From NCBI GenBank assembly GCA_965240325.2, contig OZ251238.1, positions 744,001-808,000 of the forward strand: a stretch of 64,000 nucleotides of DNA. Reading direction: 5' to 3'. The first letter of the stretch is position 1. Every line of letters starts with the position of its first letter. Below are positions 24,111 to 35,639 of the stretch, one piece after another. The notes beneath the pieces were generated by a model, which worked only from the letters and a program-made list of their open reading frames with translations, was not told the DNA's origin and searched no databases. The DNA is from Rebecca billardiae RCC1528. Its lineage: Eukaryota > Protista > Haptophyta. Position numbers and translations under genes: made by a program.

Positions 24111-25062
24111 GCCTCTGATGAGCCACGGCCGGCCTGGCTGGGCGTGAGACGCGCTCGGTTCGCGCGTCCGCGTTTGGGGCGAGCATCTTGAAGCGACCAA
24201 CGAGTTTCGGCTCGGCCAACGGGATTTCGGAAAAGCCGGACCAGTGACCGGACGCTCGCTCTGTGGCGCAGTGGCGGCAACATCCAGGTCAAGACATCAG
24301 CGGGTGCCGGACTGCCACTCACTCACAGCCAGTGTGCCCCTGCGAGCCCCATCGCGCGTCCGACGCCCGTCGTTGCACCGCGGCTGGCGCGGTGTGAAGC
24401 CCGAATGGCCCGGCATCGGGGTACTCAACTCTCATCAAGCTATGCATGCCCTGCCAACCCGATTCACGCTGAACGGTTCCGAAGTCGTCGCGGAAGGTCA
24501 CTGCCCGCGAGCGCACCAGGCAGCCGCCGGTACTCGGCCCAATTATGGGGGTTTAAACAAGTACTACTAGCTAAGGAGGGTCAGAATTAGTACCGCCACC
24601 GAGTGCTTGCTCCCGCAGCCGCCGCGCGGCGCAGCTGCTCCGTGCTCGCCGCTAGGTCGGCGGGCGGCGACCGATCGACCGACCGACCGTACGACCTCAC
24701 CCTCATCCAAGTGCTCCGCGACGGAAGGCGCTCGGCCGCGGTGGCATAATCCGCGCCGTCGCCGCCGCGTGCCACCGAGGCCGAGGCACCGCGGTGCAAC
24801 GTACTAGCTAGCTAGTACTCGGCCCGGGACTACTGGTACTGCCTGCTGACCTGGTCAGTGGTCGGACGGGGCCGTAACAGGCGGGCGCCGCGTCGACGCC
24901 GATTCCGGCCCGGTACTAGTGTGTCCGTGCTGCACGCAGCCTGACGCCTGCCCGTTGCATATATGTATATACCATCACGTCGTCGTTATTATAATAAATA
25001 ATGTCAACGGCGCTGCTAAATAAGCAAGCAGAACTCATCGTCATCAATAAAACGACACATTT

Positions 25063-26250
25063 TCAGCTCGTTTTGAAATGTTTTGCCCCCGCGGAACCGC
25101 CAATCGATTGACATCCTGCTGGGAAAACACTCGGGGACGCTGCTCGCTTCGCGAGAGGGCGGGGCGGCGGTACACCAGATGGTCCCGGAGCCCCCGCTGT
25201 GCTTTCTCCAGACCCCTTGTTCAAACCCCCTTGCTCGGCCAAGCGGGAGCCATCGCCCTCGGGGGTGTCATCGGACTCCTTGCCCTTGGGCACAGGGTCT
25301 TCAGCCTCTTCAGGGAGTGCGCTGCTGCGTGGCACGCCAATAAGCCCTGCCTCGAGCCGCGCCACTGCGGCATCAAACCACTGCGGGTTTGAAGCGGCCT
25401 CGTCCTGCGGGTTGGAAGCGGCCTCGTCCGGCGTCGGGAGAGGCGGGAGCGCCGGGAGTCCTTCTCGTGCGCACGGCGGATACGGCGGCTTGACCACGGA
25501 GCCGTGCTTGCGGTCGGCATCTTTCTGGCGGAGCGCGCTCAAGAGCTCTTCAACGTCCTTCTCTGAGCACTCCAGCCTCATCACAAGCGCGTCGTAGACG
25601 CGCACGCTGGCGACCACGTCGAGAGCGGCGTAGTGCAGCTGGTCCTCGCTGAGCGGCACCTGCCGCCAGTCGCCCGTGCGCACCGCCGGCTTGGGCAGGT
25701 CCTTGTATGTCAGCTTTGCCAGCAGCGTCTGCAGCTTCCAAAAGGACGAGGTCTTCCAGTTGAGCCCAAGAGATGTGTCGTTTGTCGTCGCTGCCACCTC
25801 ATCTCGCATAGCGTTGAGGTCGATGAGGCGCGGGATCGCCGTGCCGCCTGAAATGCCGCCGGCGGCGAGGCCCCTGTGCTCGTAGCTCTGCTCGAGCATG
25901 GCTGCGTCAAACATCACGCCAGCGCCGACCTTGATGCACGGCCCGCCCAGGAGGCGCGCCAGCGAGCCAGGCACGAAGCCAATGGCGTGGAGGTGCACGA
26001 CAGCGACGACACGAAGAGTGCCGATCTGCAAGACGTCAATCTTCATCTCGCTCACAGGGAGGAGCGTCTGCTCGTTCGGCGGGTCGCAGAATGCCTTCCA
26101 CTCCGTGTCGAGGCCGAGCACGTGCCCATAGTCCTGAGCATTCTGCAGGTCGTGCTCGATCTCTGCAACGGCATGGTCCGTCTCCGCCTCCGTGCGTGCG
26201 TACAGCACGCGGTCGTCGACGCGCAGCTCCAGCGGCTCGAGTTCGGCCAT
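25063..26250 (-). CDS. DEDDy 3'-5' exonuclease (WRN-exo/EXD2-like)
   Basis: ExoI LGLDTEW, VLQIG, KVGAGVMFD (ExoII), DWRQVPLSEDQLHYAALD (ExoIII). Confidence 0.88.
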   Translation of the reverse strand: MAELEPLELRVDDRVLYARTEAETDHAVAEIEHDLQNAQDYGHVLGLDTEWKAFCDPPNEQTLLPVSEMKIDVLQIGTLRVVAVVHLHAIGFVPGSLARLLGGPCIKVGAGVMFDAAMLEQSYEHRGLAAGGISGGTAIPRLIDLNAMRDEVAATTNDTSLGLNWKTSSFWKLQTLLAKLTYKDLPKPAVRTGDWRQVPLSEDQLHYAALDVVASVRVYDALVMRLECSEKDVEELLSALRQKDADRKHGSVVKPPYPPCAREGLPALPPLPTPDEAASNPQDEAASNPQWFDAAVARLEAGLIGVPRSSALPEEAEDPVPKGKESDDTPEGDGSRLAEQGGLNKGSGESTAGAPGPSGVPPPRPLAKRAASPSVFPAGCQSIGGSAGAKHFKTS

Positions 26251-26543
26251 TTGATGAGTGCGTTGGCCTGCGGACGCCCCGCACGGCCTTGAGAGCTCTT
26301 TCCCTGCGAACCGGTTCGTCGCGGGCGCCGTGATTTCTAAGTACAGTTTACTAAGAATAAGAGACGCACACAGCTCAGGCAGGCGAGATTGACGCCCGCC
26401 AACTGTCACCGCCCATGAAGCCGTAAGTGAACGTGCGGTCCGGAGTGACTCCGGACTGGGAAGGTGCCTCCTCCGGAGCGGCGCGCCGCGCGTGCAGTGG
26501 CAGCCGAGGAGGCAGACGGTGGGGGGCGCGTGCGGGCAGCGCC

Positions 26544-27857
26544 ATGCGTTGGTGGGGGGGCGGCGGCAACGCGGCGCCCACGGCGCAGCATCCAGCCGCG
26601 CCCGTCGCCGTGGGCCCGTCCCACGCACGACCGCCGGCGCTCATCGAGCAGGCGCTGCGCGCCGCGGACGACGGCGCGCAGCGGGAGCGCCAGCCGCCGT
26701 ATCGGCACCGCGCGCGCGCGTACCACGACCTGCTCACGCTCTCCGAGTCGTTCCCGCACCTGCAGCCGATGGCGAGCCCGTGCCCCGGCTGGCGCCAGCC
26801 CCTCGTCTGCATGTCCGGCACCGTGCCCATCGTCCACGCAGGCGTGCAGTACAATATTCCGGTCCTGCTGCGGCTGCTGCCAAGCTACCCTGAGCCTGCG
26901 CGCGGCGCGTCCGGCGTGGCGGCGCCCGTGGAGGCGCTGGTCACGCCGACGGCGGAGATGGTGATCAAGCCGGCCCACGCGCACGTCGACGCGAGCGGCC
27001 GCTGCGTGCTCCACGCCCTCGCCCACTGGTCCCCTCGCGACTCGACTCTGGTGGGCGTGGTCAGTGAGCTCTGCGCTGAGTTCTCGGCCGACCCGCCCGT
27101 GTTCGCGCGGCCGGCTGGGGCGCGGCAGCCCCCCGCGGCGCAGCCGACGCCGGTCGCGCAGGCGTACCTCGCGCCGGCGCACGGCGCGCCCACCTCGACC
27201 GCCGCCGCCACCGCCGCAGCCGGGGCCGCCGCCGCCGGCGCGTCGGGCACCGCGCACCCTGCAGCACGCGACCGGCCGCAGTCGCAGCCGCCGCCGTCGA
27301 CGCTGGCGCGCGCCAACACGGGCGAGCTGCTCGAGGAGATGGCGGGGCAGCGCCGCGCGTTCATCGCGGAGCAGGCGAGGCGGCGCGGCGCGCGGCTCGC
27401 CGCCGAGCACGCCGAGCGCGTGCGCGCGCTGCACGCCGAGCGCCAGGCGCTGCAGCAGCGCGCCGCCGCCATCGTGGCGCTGGACGGCGAGTGCGCGCGC
27501 GTGCGCGCCGCCGCCGAGTCCGCCGCGCTCGCCGTGTCCGAGGCGCGCGCGCGCGCGGAGGAGTGGGGCGCGACGTACGCGGGCGGCGCCGACCCCGCCG
27601 CGCCGAGCCGCGTGCGCATCGAGCCGCCGCCGTCGCTCGACGCGCTCGTGCTGCCCGCGGACGGCCGCTCGGCGCAGCTGCTCGAGCTGCTCGCGGAGGA
27701 GAGGGCCCTCAGGGAGAGCGTGCAGATGCTGGCGAGCCAGCTCGAGGCGGGGCGGGTGCCGCCCGCGGCGTTCGTGCGGCACACGCGCCGGCTGTCGCGC
27801 GAGCTCTTCTTCGCCCGCGCCGCGCGCATAGAGCTGCTCGCCCGCGGGTCGGCCTGA
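26544..27857 (+). CDS. ESCRT-I subunit TSG101/Vps23
   Basis: UEV domain (GTVPIVHAGVQYNIPV, YP, IKPAHAHVDASG, FSADPPV), Pro-rich linker, coiled coil and steadiness box (QLLELLAEE...FVRHTRRLSRELF). Confidence 0.88.
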   Translation: MRWWGGGGNAAPTAQHPAAPVAVGPSHARPPALIEQALRAADDGAQRERQPPYRHRARAYHDLLTLSESFPHLQPMASPCPGWRQPLVCMSGTVPIVHAGVQYNIPVLLRLLPSYPEPARGASGVAAPVEALVTPTAEMVIKPAHAHVDASGRCVLHALAHWSPRDSTLVGVVSELCAEFSADPPVFARPAGARQPPAAQPTPVAQAYLAPAHGAPTSTAAATAAAGAAAAGASGTAHPAARDRPQSQPPPSTLARANTGELLEEMAGQRRAFIAEQARRRGARLAAEHAERVRALHAERQALQQRAAAIVALDGECARVRAAAESAALAVSEARARAEEWGATYAGGADPAAPSRVRIEPPPSLDALVLPADGRSAQLLELLAEERALRESVQMLASQLEAGRVPPAAFVRHTRRLSRELFFARAARIELLARGSA

Positions 27858-28392
27858 CCGGCGCGGCGCGGCGCCCCGCGGCGCAGCCGAAGCACGCCTG
27901 GCAACCGCGCCGCCCATAGGGTCCCCAGGGCCAGGGGCATCCTAGGGGCCCCAGGCGGACTCAAGGAGGCTCAAGTTACACGCCGAGCTGGTGCTGCCGC
28001 CATGTAACTAATGTTAGAAATACCGTAGTAGCTGTAGTATTCTGAAGCTGACGCCGAGTCCGGGCTCGGCCAGTGACGGCAGTGTGCAGTCGCGCGTGGC
28101 CGTGGGCGCGCGGCACGCCGCTTCTGCGGGCCCAGCGGGCCTGGCTGCTGCAGCTGGGCCTGGCCATCCGGGACGTCCTCGGGAGGGCCTCTCTGCTCAG
28201 TGCTCTGTCATCTGCAGTCAGCTTCCCTGTCCACTGTGCATTCCGGTCATCATTCACAGGCAGGAGGCAGCGGAAGGAAGGCCGGACTTTCCCGCCATCA
28301 CGTCCGCGACTCCGCGCTCGCCAGGGTGCTCCGGAGCACGGTGCGCGTGACGTCAGTGCAGCCCTCAACGCTCGGGACCGCCATCGCTCACG

Positions 28393-30729
28393 ATGCAAGC
28401 GGAGGAAGCTGATGACGCGCGCACGCTCGGGCAGAGCACGCCGGGCGGCGGCGCTGCCGACGTGCCCACTCGGCACGCGAGCGCAGAGGGCGCGCCTACC
28501 GCGCACGCCGAGCAGACCGGGCCCGCCGTCGCGCCCAGCGGCGCTGCCCCCACGTTCGGCGACGTGGTCGCCGCCATCGGCGTGGAGGGGCTGTGCCGCA
28601 GCCTCGGGCGCGGCCTCCTCGCCCTGCGCGCCACGTGCGCCGAGTACCGCGAGGCGGTGGAGGAGTGGGCGGAGCGCGCGTTTGCCGAGAGCGCACACGC
28701 CGTCAGCACCACGCCGCTCGACACGCACGTCACCGCGCTGCTCGCCAAGCACGGCGCGCCGCGCGTCGAGTGCCCGGCGGACGTCGGCGTCGAGATCGAC
28801 GGCCGCACCAAGCTGCTGCTCGTGGCGCGCGTGATGGGCGCGCCCGCTGCCGAGCTCGCCGCCGAGGCGGAGTGGGCGCGCCCCTCCCCCTGGGAGGTCC
28901 AGCAAGACAGCGATCCTCGCCCGGCGCTCGAGTTCCGGCTGAGCAAGGAGAGCGTGCTCTTCGAGCTCGTGCGGCACTCGCGCGTCTCGCCGGCCGGGCA
29001 CAGCCAGCTGCTCGCCGCCGCGTGCGCGCTGCTGAGCCACTGCGCCCACAGAAAGTGGATGGGCGCGCGTGGGCCGGGCGGCGAGGGCGACGAGCGCGAG
29101 CCGCAGGAGCGCGCGCGGTGGGGCCCGCACCGAGCCTCGCTAGGGGCCGCGGCCGCCGCGCTCACCGTGGCGCTCCGATACAGCCCCCTTGCCGAGACCA
29201 TCGGGCTCGGCGCCGAGTCGCACGAGGACGCTGAGGCGCTGTGGCGCGGCGTCGACGTGCTGTGCGGCCCGCTCGGCCTCGCCGGCGCGCGCGCCGCCCA
29301 CGACGGCGGTGTGCCCCCTGTGCCGAGCGCGGACCCGCCCGAGTGGAGCGGCCCGGACTGCCGCTGGGCGTTTGCACACCCGGACCTGCGCGGCGGGCAT
29401 GGCGCCGAGAGCGCGCCGTCCGCGGAGGCGCGCGGCGCGCGCGCCGAGGCGGCGCGCGCCGCGTGGCGCGCGGCGGTGGTGCGCCTGGCGCGCGGCGTGC
29501 GCGCGGCGCTGGAGCGCATGCACGCGGCGAGGCTGCTGCGCGCGCGCGCGGGCGACGAGTTCAGAGCCGCGAGCGCGGGTCCTGCCGAGGCCACGGGCCC
29601 TGCCGAGGCGGCGCGCGCGGCTCAGCTCGCCGAGGCGGCGCGCCTCTACTCGCTCGCCATCCACTTCACGCCGAGGTCGAGCGTGCTGCACGCCAACCGC
29701 TCGCTGGTCATGCTCAAGCTGGGCGCTCTTCGCGCGGCCGTGAGCGACGCGGCCCAGGCGCTCGTCGAGGACGACAGCAACAAGAAGGCCGCGCACCACC
29801 TGCTGCGCGCGCTCGCCGCGCGCGGGCACACCACGCACCCGCCCACCTCGCAGGCGCTCATGGCCGTGCACAGGCTCGAGCAGTGGTACCCACGCGAGGC
29901 GGGCGCGCTGCGCACCCAGTTCGACCCGCTGCTCGGTGCGCTCGAGCGGGTGCGCACCACCACCTTCAAGCAGGCGCGCGACGCGTACGCTGCGACGGCG
30001 CGGCGCGCGCGCGCCGGCGACGTGGGGAGCTGCTACGACCTCCAGTATGTGAGTAAGGACTGGGTCATGATCCACCACTACCACGGCGGGCGGCGGAGCT
30101 GCCCGTCGGGCGTGGAGCCGTGCTGCGAGGTGGACGCCGGGGATCCCGAGGTGGGCGAGTTCAACGTGATGGCCGCCGTGCTGCGCACCCGGTGCGGCAG
30201 CTACCCGCGCTGGTTCCTCATCAACACGTCGGTGATTATCGACTGCCGGAGCTCGCCAGTGATCCACGCGCTCTGCCAGGGGCACGTGCCGTACTACAAC
30301 CTGAGCGAGCTCGTCGCGACGACGGTCGCGGAGATGCGCGGCATGATGCGCGAGGACCCGGCCGGCGCGCGCGCCCTCGAGCACCGCTGCTTCCTCGTGA
30401 GCGTGATGCTCGAGCGATGGCTGCTCGCCGCGTCGCAGCCGGCGGTCGACGCGCTCGCCGCCGCGCTCGCCGAGCTGCGCGATGTGATCACGGCGTGCGG
30501 CCTGGCGAGGATGGCGGAGCAGCCGATCATCCCGTGCGCCGCGCACACGGGCTTGGCGTGCGCGGGCGTGCGCATGATGGCGCAGCGCTCGGCCAGCTGG
30601 CGGCGGCAGTACGGCACCGTCATGCACGCCGAGCTCGGCGACCTGCAGCGCGCTTCAGAGAGCGCCGCGCGCGCCGTCGGGCCCGAGGTGGCGCCCTTGA
30701 TCCGACTAATTGCCCCCCGCTCGGTATAG
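28393..30729 (+). CDS. TPR-containing protein of unknown function with possible N-terminal F-box-like motif
   Basis: 778-aa intronless ORF with GC3-rich codons. TPRs YSLAIHFTPRSSVLHANRSLVMLKLG...AVSDAAQAL...KAAHHLLRAL. LLALRATCAEYREAV near the N-terminus. Confidence 0.7.
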   Translation: MQAEEADDARTLGQSTPGGGAADVPTRHASAEGAPTAHAEQTGPAVAPSGAAPTFGDVVAAIGVEGLCRSLGRGLLALRATCAEYREAVEEWAERAFAESAHAVSTTPLDTHVTALLAKHGAPRVECPADVGVEIDGRTKLLLVARVMGAPAAELAAEAEWARPSPWEVQQDSDPRPALEFRLSKESVLFELVRHSRVSPAGHSQLLAAACALLSHCAHRKWMGARGPGGEGDEREPQERARWGPHRASLGAAAAALTVALRYSPLAETIGLGAESHEDAEALWRGVDVLCGPLGLAGARAAHDGGVPPVPSADPPEWSGPDCRWAFAHPDLRGGHGAESAPSAEARGARAEAARAAWRAAVVRLARGVRAALERMHAARLLRARAGDEFRAASAGPAEATGPAEAARAAQLAEAARLYSLAIHFTPRSSVLHANRSLVMLKLGALRAAVSDAAQALVEDDSNKKAAHHLLRALAARGHTTHPPTSQALMAVHRLEQWYPREAGALRTQFDPLLGALERVRTTTFKQARDAYAATARRARAGDVGSCYDLQYVSKDWVMIHHYHGGRRSCPSGVEPCCEVDAGDPEVGEFNVMAAVLRTRCGSYPRWFLINTSVIIDCRSSPVIHALCQGHVPYYNLSELVATTVAEMRGMMREDPAGARALEHRCFLVSVMLERWLLAASQPAVDALAAALAELRDVITACGLARMAEQPIIPCAAHTGLACAGVRMMAQRSASWRRQYGTVMHAELGDLQRASESAARAVGPEVAPLIRLIAPRSV

Positions 30730-31070
30730 TCTATGTAGTTATAACTAACTAAAGTCAGCGCACGCGCTGACTGTACAAGTGGCACTGGCTCGGGCTTGCT
30801 GCTGTCGCTGACTGATGAACGGTACTAGTCAAACAGTGACGTTGTCGTGCAGCTGCGGCCGCAGCGCATCACATGCCAAACATGAAAATCCCCGGAGTAG
30901 TGAGCTGCAATAATACCACATCGTCGGCGACACCACGTCGTCAGCGACAGCACGTCGCACCAGGTGGGCCACGACTCAACGTCCGTGAGGTCGGCTGGGC
31001 GAGAGGGACAAAGCGTGGTGGTGCTGAGACGGTGTCCTGTGTCAGCTCGCTGAGGCACCGAGGAGCACGT

Positions 31071-31529
31071 TCAGCCGTGGCTCAGCAAGGCGGAATCCGT
31101 GACGCGCACGTGGTTCGCAACGACCACCATCGGCGAGTCCTTGACGCCCTTCGAGCCGTACTCCAGCACGCCGTTTGTGAACGGCACGAACGCAAGGCTC
31201 GCGATCCCATAGTCGCTCGCGAGCTTGAACCGATGGAAGACCGTCGGGTCAAGCTGGTTCACATCCTGCACGATCTCGGGGACACCCGTCTGGAACACTC
31301 GTCCGACGACGCCGTCCCCCACGCCGAACTCCCAGCTCCTCGAGCGGCGCATGGCGTTCAGTTGCCGCTTGCTGTTGGTCTGTTTGGTGTGCACGAGCCG
31401 CTTGGACTCTGGATCAAGCTGCCACCAAATGACGTAGTCGGACTGCGTGCACTCCAGCACGGCGGTGAGCGCTTCGTCGGAGACGGCGAACGGGCACAGC
31501 TGCTCCTCCGTGCCGGGCACCCTCGCCAT
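31071..31529 (-). CDS. Stand-alone GAF-like domain protein (bHLH-MYC N-terminal / NIN-like GAF fold)
   Basis: YVIWWQ...FGVGDGVVGRVFQTG...FHRFKLASDYGIASLAFVPFTNGVLEYGS. Confidence 0.7.
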   Translation of the reverse strand: MARVPGTEEQLCPFAVSDEALTAVLECTQSDYVIWWQLDPESKRLVHTKQTNSKRQLNAMRRSRSWEFGVGDGVVGRVFQTGVPEIVQDVNQLDPTVFHRFKLASDYGIASLAFVPFTNGVLEYGSKGVKDSPMVVVANHVRVTDSALLSHG

Positions 31530-32059
31530 TGGTCGAGATCGGGCGAGACGACACGGAGGGCGCGGTCGGCAAACCTTGCTGATGCGATCGGAGGAAAGTT
31601 GCGTGCCGGTCTGTCCAGGACCGACTGAATTACCGTCCGCGAATCGCCACGCGGTACTTGGCGGACCGAACCGTTCGAATCATTTGATCGAGCCCTAAAT
31701 AATGGCGGCGGGCTGCAGAAGCAGCATCTATTGACGAGAAGGATGAATCAGACTGCGGCTGCTTCTCGTCAAAGAAGGAAAGGCCACCGTCCAGCCTGAA
31801 CATTCTGGTGATCAAGAGCCCCTGCCAGTCGAACCGAAATATGAATAATGCCACGTCGACCCAGCGTCTCACAATAATATCAGGCGAACCGGACGGCTTC
31901 TGCCAAGGAACCTGATGCGACCCGACAGAACGATGTCATCGTAATGATGTCGTCATTGACATTGTCGACGGCGGCGTCACCACCGATCCGGCCCTCACGG
32001 CGCTGGCTTCACACCGCCGACCGCCGCGCCTCGCGGGGCTGCGGTTTGCGGGTCGCCTC

Positions 32060-35000
32060 TTACGTCGCCGCCGGCCGTTTCCGCACGGCCACCGGGCAGT
32101 AGCGGTTGTAGCCCGATGCGTACTGCCGTCAGTCGCGCGGCGCGCGGTGTGCGGCGGAACGCGTGAGTGGTGGCAGGCAGCCAGCCGCGGTCGGTGCCGC
32201 CGGACGAGCGCGTGGGCGCGCGGCGCGCGCGCGCGGTCGCGGCGGCGGCGCGCGCTCCGCGCGCCGCGCGCACCGCGAGCAGCACGGGCATGAGCACGAC
32301 GCCGTGCAGCATGCCAAACACCACCGTCATGCTGAGCATCTTGAAGAAGGTGCGGAAGGCGACGGAGGAGGAGAAGGCGATCACGAGCACGCCGAGGAAC
32401 GTGGTGAACCCGCCCTTCAGCACGGACGCGCCCATCGTCGAGAGCGCCTCGATCGCGCACTCGCGCGGGTCGACGGGCTCCTCGTCGGACGCCTCGGCGC
32501 GCTCGCGCTCGCGCCGCGAGTAGACGTCCGCAAACGTGTGCGAGATGTGCACGCAGTAGTCGACGGAGAGGCCGATCGCCATCACGAGGTTGACGAACGA
32601 GACGGCGGCGAGCGACACGTCCAGCGGCACCATCATCCCGAGCAGGTCGAGGTCGATCAGCGCGACGCAGATGGTGATCCACACCGCGATGATTGGCGGC
32701 GTGAAGAGCAGCGTGAGGAGGAAGACTGCGATCAGCGCGTAGCCCATGTTGGTGAGCGTGAGCTCCCAGATCCGGCCGTCGAGCTCGGCGAACATGAAGT
32801 CCTGCGAGTGCGCGAAGCAGTTCTGCAGGCCGTCCCGCCGCAGCGAGCCCTCGAGCTCGTCGCGCCGGCTGAGCGCATCGATCGACACCCCCAGCCCCTT
32901 GTTGTACGTGGCCACGTACCTGCGGGCGCGCCACGCGGCGCCGCGGCGCAGGGCAGAAGCGCGCGTGAGCGCGTGAGGGCGCTCGACCGCGCGCTGCGCG
33001 GTGCGGCGCGGCGCGGCGGCGCGCGCGCGCGCGCGCACCGCGTGGGGTTGGGGTTCTTGCAGATCTTGCCGTTGGGCGGGCTGCAGGAGAGGTACTCGCG
33101 CCACTGCGTGAAGCCGTCCTTGCGAAGGAACGCGTCGATCTCGTAGGTGTACGTGAAGTCGTCGCGCGTCCAGTCGTGCCCCTTCTTACTCAGGTAGTAC
33201 TCGTACGCACCCATCCACGTGCTGTCGACGAGCAGCATCCACTCGATGCCCTGCGCGTGCTTGAGCGCCTGGTGCAGCTCGAAGCGCGTGGACGATTTGT
33301 TGAAGTCCTCGTCATACACAACGATGTCTGCCTGGTTGTAACGGCCGCCAAAGTCGTTGTTCTCCGCCAGCAGCGCCTGCTGCACGTAGCTGTCGTCCGG
33401 CAGCACGTCCGAGTCGGGCTGGCCGAGCCGGATCGACGGGAGCGCGATGGCCGCGAGGCTCGAGATGAGGGCGAAGAGCAGCACGACGCCCACCGCCACC
33501 GCCGGCCGCATCAGCACGGGCGCGTAGTAGTCGCGGATCATCCGCTGCGTGAAGCCCACCATCTCGGGGCCGAATGACGGCTGCGGCTGCGGCATCGGCG
33601 GCTTGGCGGCCGCGTCCGCGCGCACCTTCTCCTCGCGCACCTGCAGCGTGACCGACTTGCTCGCCGCGCCGTTGGCCGGCTTGGCGGCCGCGCCGTCCGG
33701 CGCGGCGCTCGGCGGCGGCGCGGCGGCGCTCGCCGACGTGCGCGTGCTGCTCCCAGCCGCGCTCGGCCCGCCCAGCAAGCTCGCGGGCGCGCACGGCAGC
33801 CAGCTGATCCTGCGCGCCTCCAGCCTGCGCTCGTCCAGCACCAGCAGTGCGAGGAAGAAGGAGAACAGGACGAAGAAGGCGCAGAAGAACGCGAAGGCGG
33901 CGTAGGTGCAGAACATGGTCACGGACGGCAGGTCGGTCGTCGTGCCCACCGCAAACGCGCACACCGCCGTCGCCGACGTGATCAGGATCGCCGGCCCCGA
34001 GTGGCGCAGCGACTGGCTCAGCCGCCACTCGACGGTGCCGGCCGGCTGGTGGTTGAGGTAGTCCACGACGATGATCACCGAGTCCACCTGCGTGCCGAGC
34101 AGGATGAGCGGGATGAGTGCGGCCAGCGAGACAAACGGCATCCCGGTCAGCGCCGCCAGCCCAAACCCCGCAAACAGTGCGAGCAGCACGTTCACCACCG
34201 CGAACAGGCCGAGCAGCACGCGCGAGCGGTAGAGCGACTTGAGAGGGCCGAGCGTGAGCGCGAGGTAGATGGTGATCACGATGATGCCCAGCGCGAACAG
34301 CGGCGTGTCGTCGGTGGTGAGCCGCTGGACTTCATCGTCAAACGAGCGGTCGGAGAAGTGCGAGATGGTCAGGATCGACGTGTCCACCGACGTCGCGATC
34401 CCGTCTGTGCGCACGGCGGAGGGCGCGGTCGGGCGCGGTCGGGCGCGGGCGCAGAGAGGCATGTGGCTGAGACGGGCGCCGAGGTCGCGGTCGAGATCGC
34501 GCGCGCGCGCAGAGGCGCGCGCGCAGAGGCGCACACGCAGCACGGGCACGCGCGGCCGTCACGAGGCGCGAGCGCGCACCGTTCCAGCGGCGCTCGAACG
34601 CGTACGGGATGCCGTCGGGGGTGCGCGTCTCGTACGTGATCACCACGGCCTTGCCGCCCTTCACCTTGTCGTTCTTGAACTCGGGCTTGCCCGTGAACGC
34701 CTCGATGGTGGCCATCTGCCCCAGGGAGCGATGCACGGCGCGTGCACACGCGCACGCGCACGCGAGAGAGCGCGCGCCCGGCTGAGTCGCGGGTGCCGGC
34801 GTGGAGGCGGGCCACCCGACGGGCGATGGAACGCGGGGTGGGGGGGGGGGGGGCGCACACACCTGGTGCAGGGCCGTCAGGTCGTTCAGAATGTCCCCCT
34901 TCCGATCCTTGAGCGTGTCGCGGTCATAGCCCCTGCGGCACGCGGCACGCGCGAGCGCGCGGCGGCGCGTGAGTGCGGGGCGGGGCGCGGAGGGCGAGCG

Positions 35001-35639
35001 GAGGGCGGATTACGGAGCGTAGCGAGCGGAGGGCGGATCGCGCGGGGGCGCGCGCACCAGATGGCGAGGAAGTTCCCCGACAGGCAGTCCTCATCCCCCG
35101 GCGCCTTCTTGCACACCTCGTTCCACCGATGCTCCTTGCCGTCGATGAAGACCTTGCAGTGCTCGGTCGTCCAGAGGTGCGCCTTCATCAGCTGGTCGAG
35201 CACCTCGTACTCGAAGATGGAGCGGTCGGGGTCGGTCGCGCGCGCGTAGAGGAGAAGGTTCGCGCCGCGCTCGCCGAACGTGTCCTCCACCACGCGGAAG
35301 TTCTTGAAGCCTGCGGACTCGGTCGGGACCCAGCTGCGGGCGAGCGGGCCGCCGAGCGCACGGGTGCGCGCCGATGCGCGCGTGAGTGGCGCGCTCGTGG
35401 CGCGTCCGCGCGCGTCGAATGCGCGATGTACTCGCAGATCGCGCCGCGTGGCGCGCGCACAGGTAGGTCGAGCGCGTCTCTTCGACCATCGTCAGCATGC
35501 CGCACATGCATGCGATCATCACCAAAAGCGAGACGACGACCACCTTGAGCGGATTGCGAGCAACCAGCCCGCCCCACTTCTCGAACGCGCCAGCGATGTA
35601 GCCATCAATCACGCGGTGGCGGAAGTCCTCGAAGCCCAT
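32060..35639 (-). CDS. Patched/NPC1-like sterol-sensing-domain RND membrane protein, 7 exons
   Basis: YLWVP, SRVLLGL, LLGTQVDS, GPAILITS, FCTYAA, FFLALLVLDERR, LPDDSY, NLVMAIGLSVDYCVH, MGASVLKGGFTTFLG and LHGVVLMPVLL. Six GT-AG introns join the exons in frame; last exon YASGYNRYCPVAVRKRPAAT*. Confidence 0.9.

Noticed and set aside
18567-26250. DNA-repair cluster (CSA plus WRN-like exonuclease)
   Set aside because: Separated by unrelated genes; chance proximity is sufficient.
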